A stretch of 64,000 bases of DNA. Source: the human T2T-CHM13v2.0 reference genome, Homo sapiens. The number at the start of each line of letters is the position of its first letter. Positions within the stretch are counted from its first letter, which is position 1. Below, piece by piece: positions 55,181-64,000 of this stretch. The stretch lies in NCBI RefSeq assembly GCF_009914755.1, contig NC_060931.1, one strand, 5' to 3'. The notes under the pieces are model-generated. The model was not told the DNA's origin, made no database searches, and worked only from the letters and a program-made list of their open reading frames with translations. The position numbers were made by a program, and so were the translations under genes.

Positions 55181-55634
55181 AAGAGACTCAAAGGTTGTTT
55201 AGAGATCTTAAATTGCACACAGATGATATCTGGAGAGATGAGAATCAAGAGCAAAGAGAAAAACCAGACAGAAGTAATGGCAATGGGCCTAATAAATAAT
55301 ATTTGCTATGTGAAGATATTAGAGACTAGACATTTCTAGTTAAAACTCAAACCTAAGTGAGTTCCTAATGCTTTTCTAATGTTCACAACTCAGGGAGCCC
55401 AGAAGAACCTTATGAACTCCAGGAGAAAATGTAGTCTTATGCCAGAACTGACGCTGCTGCTGATGATAATCTGGATACATTTGAAGGGGTGCAGGGAAAT
55501 TACACTGGGTGCCTCTCTGAACATCCTGAGAAGCACAACCTACTGGTAGCTAAGTGCCCCACATGGAAGCACACTCAGCAGTAATAGCAAAAAATGCCCA
55601 CATTTGTGGCCTTGTAATTGCATATAAGTTGTAG

Positions 55635-55890
55635 CTGAATACACACATTTATAGTGAGAGAAAGTAGAATTGTGGTTGCTAGGGACTTGGGGGTGGTGGA
55701 GGGATGGGGAATGATTGCTAATGAATATAGAATTCATTTTTTAGGTGGTGAAAATGTTCTGGAATTCAATAGTGATAATGGTTGAACAACCTTGTAGATA
55801 TATTAAAACCACTGCATTGTGTACTTTAAAAGGGTGAATGTTATGGTATGTAAGTTACATCTCTCTCAATTAAAAGAAATAAAATAAAAA
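55635..55890 (+). mobile_element. L1MB 3' end
   Basis: agaaagtagaattgtggttgctaggg...ggtggtgaaaatgttctggaatt...actttaaaagggtgaat. Confidence 0.8.
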
Positions 55891-56581
55891 ATATATATAG
55901 CCAAGGGCCAGGGCCTAGGTGCCACCAACCAGATTATATGAGTATGAGGCATCTCCTTGTCCTAGGACCTTTGGACCACAGCACTACCCTCTGAGCTGGG
56001 CTCTATTCATCTCACTAGAGACCATCTGTCTTGTCAGTAGAAGCTTTAAGATAGTGGTCTTTACCATACTCTAGGACATTTACAGCTTCTCTTATCCTTA
56101 GGGAGAGCCTATTACCCAGGGAACAAAAATAGGAGAAATAGGAAAAGAAGAAAGTCATACCAACTAGCCCCAGTGAAAAGTGTCTGCAGCTTCTAGCTGA
56201 CAAGTGGCTATTTTCTGTAGGACACTGAGACTTTGTTCATTAAAGAAATAAGTGCACACAGAAACATACACTAAATATATATTTACTAAGAAAATGAAAT
56301 ATCTACCTCCTTTATCTTCATTATGTTTGATATTTAATAAAGTTCTTGCTTAGGTTAGAAAGTAAAAATAATGTATTGAGTCATTCTAGTAAAACAGAAA
56401 AGGATTTTTCTTATCAAAAGTCAGATACTACATGCCTTTGGCTAGCATGACACAATAAAAAGATCATGGGCTTTAATGTCCATAAGATACGGGGTTTGTC
56501 ACTAGTGCCTTATGATCTTGGACAAGTTTTTTGGAAGACAAGCCTTTGTTTCATCAGCTCTACATTGAAAATAAAATGAAT

Positions 56582-56756
56582 GGGGAGAGCGGGGAGGGAT
56601 AGCATTAGGAGATATACCTAATGTAAATGACGAGTTAGTTGGTGCAGCACACCAACATGGCACATGTATACATATGTAACAAACCTGTATATTGTGCACA
56701 TGTACCCTATAACTTAAAGTATATTAAAATATATATATATAAAAGAAAGAAAGAAA
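56582..56756 (+). mobile_element. Short 5'-truncated L1PA 3' end
   Basis: gggagggatagcattaggagatatacc...aacttaaagtat; perfect TSD gaaaataaaatgaat (56567-56581 / 56757-56771). Confidence 0.93.
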
Positions 56757-56886
56757 GAAAATAAAATGAATTAAATTTCATAAAACATGCAAAGTGTCTG
56801 GAAGCATTTGACAAGATGTTTTCAATGACCATTTACTCCATTCCCTATTGTGAGAAAGGATATTGTTCTCTGGTCTTTTTTCCTGT

Positions 56887-56922
56887 TTCTCTCTCTCTCT
56901 CTCTGTCTCTCTCTCTGTGTGT

Positions 56923-56953
<31 letters not shown>

Positions 56954-56966
56954 ACTCTGTGTGTGA
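56887..56966. repeat. (CT)n(TG)n compound microsatellite
   Basis: Visible directly in the sequence. Confidence 0.9.
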
Positions 56967-58494
56967 TTCTCTCAACATTTCTTTAAAAAATCGGGAGTAT
57001 TTGAATCTTCTACCAAAAAGGAGGTACAGAAATCTAAGATTCTTTGAATGTCTCCTTTAAAAAAGAAAGAGAAAATAATCTACCATATTTTAAATTTTAG
57101 TTGTTTCTTTGAGTCGTGTAAGCATAAAATGGATGAAGATTCTGGAAGCTCAGTGATTTTCCATTACTTAGGCATAATAAGGTAGCTGATAGGTCTCTCT
57201 GGTGCTTTCATCATCACTTTCATCCTAGCTATGTTCAGTTAGCATATTATTTGCATGTTGGCAAGATAGTTACTTTAATATGCAGTAATAAAAATAACAG
57301 ACATAACCCAAAAAGGAAAATAGAACACCTTTTTAATAACTGATGTGTTAAATGAGGAACCGTTTTCTTTCATGAGAATATATTACTTGACCTTGTGCAG
57401 AGACAAGTTCATTGGATTTAATTTTGAGGAACAGATTACATTTTTTCTAGCCAGAGATGGTCTGATTTGACTGGAGTCTGATTAGGATGCAAAGAGGCTA
57501 TTAAAATATTTTAAGCATTTTTTCTGAAGAGCAGTGCATTAATTGCTTGCAAATATTCATCACTCAAACCTCCTACTCTATTATGCTCAAACCAGAGCTG
57601 TAAGATTATGTTTTTATTGATGTAATTAATAACAGATGTTACTTGTTAACTTGGTTATCGCCAAATTGGACATTTGACAAATGTACCTAGGGCCTTGATT
57701 CAGTGAATTTAATATAGATATGAGGCAACATATCGACCTCAAAAGATGAAATCAAGAACATTACTGTGGAAATTTAAAAAAAGTAGAGAAAGCATTTTAC
57801 CAAGTTTTGGAAGAGTAAAAAATAATGATTTTTAAAACTAATCCTTTTTAGGCTTCTCTAAATGTTGTACTCAATTTAAGACATCTGTTCAATATACAAC
57901 ATCAATTGAAATGTTAAAAGATAGTTTAAAATACCAGAAGCAAGAACACTACAGAAAGCAATAATACCCAACACACAGAAAATAGATCATGAGAAACAAT
58001 AAATAACCCACCACTTTGCTACACTTTGCATTCTACAATCAAGAAAATCTAGCTCTTATATAATCAGAAAATCAAAGGAATAACAGAAATGAAAACCTGC
58101 CCTATTAAAATTCTGCAAATTATAACCATGAAAATTGCACTCTGATGGGCACCAATTGATCTCGATTGTGAAAAGTCACACGGAACTAGATTCACAAATA
58201 TCATCTAAGAGGCAATAAGATTTTAAATCAGACTAGATTAATTTGCAATTTGTCTATGGGCTGAATTGATGTTTACCTTTATATTACTTAAAAGAAAAAT
58301 CAGAATGTTAGTGAGTATTTTCTTTTATTTAAAGAGATAAACTATTTTCCAGCTTTAAGCAATCTGTCTCACTATCTTAATTACTGAGCCATGTGAATAT
58401 GTGGGGAGGTGGTGGTAGGGATGTGAGAAGCAGTGAAACAGGTAGACATTGGTGTTGACTTGACCAGACATAATCACTAGGTAGCTGCAGAAGC

Positions 58495-58662
58495 CATTAC
58501 ATTCCACAAGGCCAGGGTAGGTGACTGTTTGATCCCGTTTTACAGATGAAGAAATGAAGCTGAGTGGTTATTACTTGTGCAAAATCCAACAACTGGTTAA
58601 TTGTAGAGCTGAGAATCAATTCCAAGTCTTCTGCCTCTAAAGCCTCCACTTTTTCAACTAGG
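58495..58662 (-). mobile_element. MIR
   Basis: atcccgttttacagatgaagaaatgaagct core. Confidence 0.7.
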
Positions 58663-60352
58663 CTACTTTCAGAAAGACAATGAAAGAGCTCCATATTATG
58701 ATTAACCCTCCTTCAACAATAAAATTGAGAGCAGGCCAGGTGGCTCCGGGTTTGCACCCCATCCTCTTTGGTGCCCCTCATATACACTAATGTGAGCTGA
58801 GGTCTTGACAGCTGGAAATGAAGATGCCCAATCTTCCCTGACATTTATAGCTCACCTGGTACATAAACATATTATGTTATGCCTCATGTGGGATTCAGAT
58901 AAATAGAATACAGTCCTTGTAACAAGATGCTTGTAGACTGATTAGAAGACAAGGGAAGGATCATCCTTGCTTTTATTTCCCCAAAATTAAATATAATGAG
59001 AAGTTCAAGCAACTATGGAGGAAAGTTGGAAGAGATATTTTTGGTCAAGAGGACTTTCAGAAGTTCTATGTATTAAACCACACAGATAGAAGTCAGCTTC
59101 ACAGAGGCATCAAGATATCATATCTATATAACTGCGCAAACATAACTCCATTCCCTTTTCTGTACTCCTTTCCCTTTTTAGTACTTTCACAACTCATGTC
59201 CTATTGCCCCGCTAGGGTCTCCAGCTGCCTAAATCCTACCTTGATTGTGCTGGGCAATTTGCGCTCAACATCTTTTGTTTTCTTTTGTTGCCCTTCAAAA
59301 CTTGCAGTCCTATTTCTTCATTCATAGTACTCTGCTTTGTCCTGGGAAAATCCAAACTTAAATGCCTACTCTCCCAGGTAAAAATTATACTTGAATGACT
59401 ACAGATAGTTGCCATTGGTAGCAATGTTAGACATCAAGGTAAGCTACAGATATTTTTAAGAAGATCACCAAAACTTCCAAAGGAGTGTTTATTGTATATT
59501 CTTACTCAGACCATATTCTAGAACAACGGTTCCTAAACCTGTCTTAGATTTAGGAGTTTCTATTGATTTTATTTAAAAATAATGGATGCAATCAATATTT
59601 TTAACCAGGTAATTAATTTGACCTTTGTTCACATTCCTTTTCTTGTTATTTAAGTTAAACAACAACAAAAAAGACCTGAGCAACTTTGCTTAATTAAAAA
59701 CAATTCACTGTAGACACTTCAAATGTTTCAATATATTGCCTATGACTCAATCTGCCCAGTTAAAAAAATTACTTTTAATTTCTCTTCAAATTTTCACTGT
59801 ATTTTACAATTACTATCCCTTAATAAATATTGAAAACTGAAAGTTCAATGTAGTAGAGGTCCCACTGAACCGGCTTTATCCCTTAGAAGCACTTTCTTGA
59901 CCAGAGGTAAATAAAACAGACAAATAGAGTCTCATAGGTAAATACTATCTTGGAAAAAAAGTGAAAAAATAGACTAAATTAGAGTTGCCATTTAAATTGC
60001 ATATATCAAAATTTCAATAAATACTTGAGACGCAATATATAGTTGTGAAACTATTTGCCCATGTAACCAATGTCAACTCACTTCTCTAAACTTCCATAAG
60101 GGTTTCAGATCCAAAATAAGGCACACTTATGATCATTGGTAAGAAACAAAAGCTAACCATAACCGGCATAAACATAATTGGATTTTATATTTCCATAAGA
60201 AATAACCCTCCAAGGAAAAGACTGGTAAAGAGGTTACTCAAACAACTATATTTCCTAAATCTGAAGGACCTTCTGGTGCCTTGTAAAAGAAACAAAGCAC
60301 TTTAAAATGTAATTACTTGGGAGAACTACAATCTTGAAAAAACCTACATCTT

Positions 60353-60654
60353 GGCCGGGCGCAGTGGCTCACGCCTGTAATCCCAGCACTTTGGGAGGCT
60401 GAGGCGGGGAGATCACAAGGTCAGGAGATGGAGACCATCCCGGCTAACACGGTTAAACTCCGTCTCTACTAAAAAATACAAAAAATTAGCCAGGCGTGGT
60501 GGTGGGCGCCCTATAATCCCAGCTACCAGGGAGGCTGAGGCAGAAGATCACTTGAACCCTGGAGGCGGAGGTTGCAGTGAGCTGAGATCGCGCCACTGCA
60601 CACCAGCCTGGGCGACAGAGCAAGATTCTGTCTCAAAAAAAAGAAAAAGAAAAA
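60353..60654 (+). mobile_element. AluSc8-like
   Basis: Full dimer; TSD ctacatctt (60344-60352 / 60657-60665). Confidence 0.93.
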
Positions 60655-60816
60655 TACTACATCTTTTACGAGAAAGTACAGTACCATTGGACTAAAGTTT
60701 ACGGTGATTGGTAATTCCTTATAAATATACAGATTCAATAGTTAAAAAAAAAATCACTAGTGTGTCACCATCACTGTCTAAAAGACCCTTTAAGATTCAT
60801 TTAGAAATAAAGTCCT

Positions 60817-61156
<340 letters not shown>

Positions 61157-62194
61157 TTAATTTTATTATTATTTGAACTGTCCCAGAAGGCTGTGCGACT
61201 CCCCATTTTATAATGTCATAGTTACCAAGTATTCCAATATTGATTTAATTTCATAAAGAAACTTTTTTATAGGAAACACAATTTACTAACCAGATCAAGT
61301 GGGATTCTAATTGATTTCTTAAATTTTATTATAAAAATTGGCATTCTTATATATAAATGAATTCCTTCAGGATGACTCAGTCTCTCCCAGAATTTACTTA
61401 CTCCTGACTAAAATGAGAAAATTGGGTTTCTGTATCTGCAAATTGGAGGATATATGTTGACCCCATCCAGAAGCAGACACTCTTGAAACCCAGGTCAAAA
61501 GCAGCTTTCCCTTTTAATTCACACTTTCCTCATTACTTCCACAAATGTTAATTTTTAAGATTAAACACCATTACTCTCATCTTTTTTGCGTGCATATTTA
61601 GGATGAATTTCTATTATATTGGTCTCACTTTACAAAGGATAAATTACCCATATATTTATATTGATGTTTTAAGAAAGACAAATTTGTAGTCCACTTAATT
61701 TGACTAATATGCACCAGGCATCATTTTAGAAGAGAAAGTGGATTGAAATCAATCAGTAAGTGAAAGAGAGTTACTCCAAAAATGTTACAGGGCTCCCATG
61801 TCTGGAAACACAAGGACTCTCTATGGGACAAAGTGATACCAGCTGTCACAACACCAACATTTGAGACATTTGGGGCAGCGAACCCCAGGCCGTGCCTCCT
61901 GGGCAGGCAGAAATGCTCAATTTGTAATCTACTTAGACACAACTACCAAAATCTATGGCTAGTTGCCTTTTCAAAAATTGCAGAAGTTTGGAGCCACATG
62001 ATATTTTACTAATTAGCAAACCCAAATGCTTAATATTTCCAATGAATGGAAGATTTGCCAGAGGTTTCAGAATTTGCCTTTTATCACGTCTCCTAGAAAT
62101 AAGGTGGGACTTCCCAACTGTCTATCTAGAGCTTACTATAGCCCCACCCTCATTCCCATTTTAATTGCACTGAGGGAAGAAACTCATGCCTTTC

Positions 62195-62484
<290 letters not shown>

Positions 62485-63079
62485 GAAACTCATGCCTTTC
62501 AATCCTCACTGCAGCTACATCCCTTAGAAGCACTATATTCACCAGAGGTAAATAATTACTTTATGTAGATTTAATTAACCTCAAATCGGCTAGTCTTGGC
62601 CCCAAACCTTCTTTAGTCTCCCAAATCAGTCTAATATGAGAAATTGAATATGTTCAGCTTGATATGCTTTTGGGGTGTACATGCATCTATCTGCTTGGGG
62701 TAGTAGATAAGCAACCACTACTTTGATGAGTGGAAGTTTCAACTGCTAGGAAAAAGTAGAAATAAACGAAGCCATCCCATCTAACAAGACAAAAAAAAAA
62801 AAGAAAAAACACCCACAGGAAAGATAGTTGGATATCAGGTTGACATGCACTGTCTTTACTTTTAGGTTAAAAAATAAGATTAGAAAGAGTTGCTATCCTG
62901 AGGCAAAGTGAACATTGTTTTTTTCATTTTGAATAAACCCAAGTTGTATTCAAATAATTTTTGCCACGACAGATAAACATTGAATAAAGAATGACTCATC
63001 TAATATGTGTTCCACTATATGTGAAAATAACAGGAAGAATGACAGTCTTCAAAATTTTTCTTTTAATATCTCCGAACAA

Positions 63080-63372
<293 letters not shown>

Positions 63373-64000
63373 TTAAACAAATTAAGTACAGGTTATTTTT
63401 AAATGGCATCATAAATTTTTAGTTTTATTTGGAAATTTAATTTGTTTACTATTTCAGCTTCCACAAACCCAATTTAATTAACCCATTCTATTCATGAAAA
63501 ATGTAGCATGAAAGTGTGAGAACAAGCAGATGGCTCACAGCAAGTTGCCAGGGACAATTCAGTCCCAGAAGGGTTCAGCAAGATCATCTAATGTAAAGAA
63601 CAACACACTTGTCTCAGGGTAAACTAATGTTTATTACCAGAGCATATTCTTTCTCAATAATATTTGGAAGCAGCTTGAAATATACAACCAAATATAGCAA
63701 TTTCACACTTAGATGTTTAAAAAGGTAATATTACCTTTCATATTTTCCCCAAATATTCAAGGATATCTGGGAGCACTGTTTAAAAAATCAAAAATGGAAG
63801 AAATCAGAAAATAACCAGAGAACAGGAAAGATGGTAGCTCCAAAACATTGCAAAGCACTTTAGACGAACCCTCCTCTAACTTGCCTGAATTTTGGATTGC
63901 TGATGCTCAGGAGAAACGGTGTAGAGGATGTCTTTTGGCTGCCTGCCATCCTCTGAACTGGGGCTGAAAAACCACTGAAGTACAATAATAATGGTAAATT

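Overview
Primate (human-like) AT-rich genomic DNA dominated by interspersed repeats: L1 of several ages, about 13 Alus, THE1/MLT/MER LTRs, Hsmar2, Tigger-family MITEs, MIR and L2. There is no intact protein-coding gene, CpG island or RNA gene. The listed ORFs are repeat-derived or chance ORFs, with one exception. On the minus strand at 5141-5378 lies a 238-bp exon with canonical splice sites. It encodes 79 codons homologous to the LAMP-like luminal domain of the V-ATPase accessory subunit Ac45/ATP6AP1 family, with a TGA in place of a conserved Trp. It looks like a fossil exon of an Ac45 paralogue (possibly Ac45LP) rather than a retrocopy. The repeats also record several unusual events: templated insertions, a tail-less Alu fragment, an L1 5' inversion, nested insertions and a decayed two-LTR provirus. 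Repeat subfamily names and homologue comparisons come from recalled consensus sequences, not from searches.
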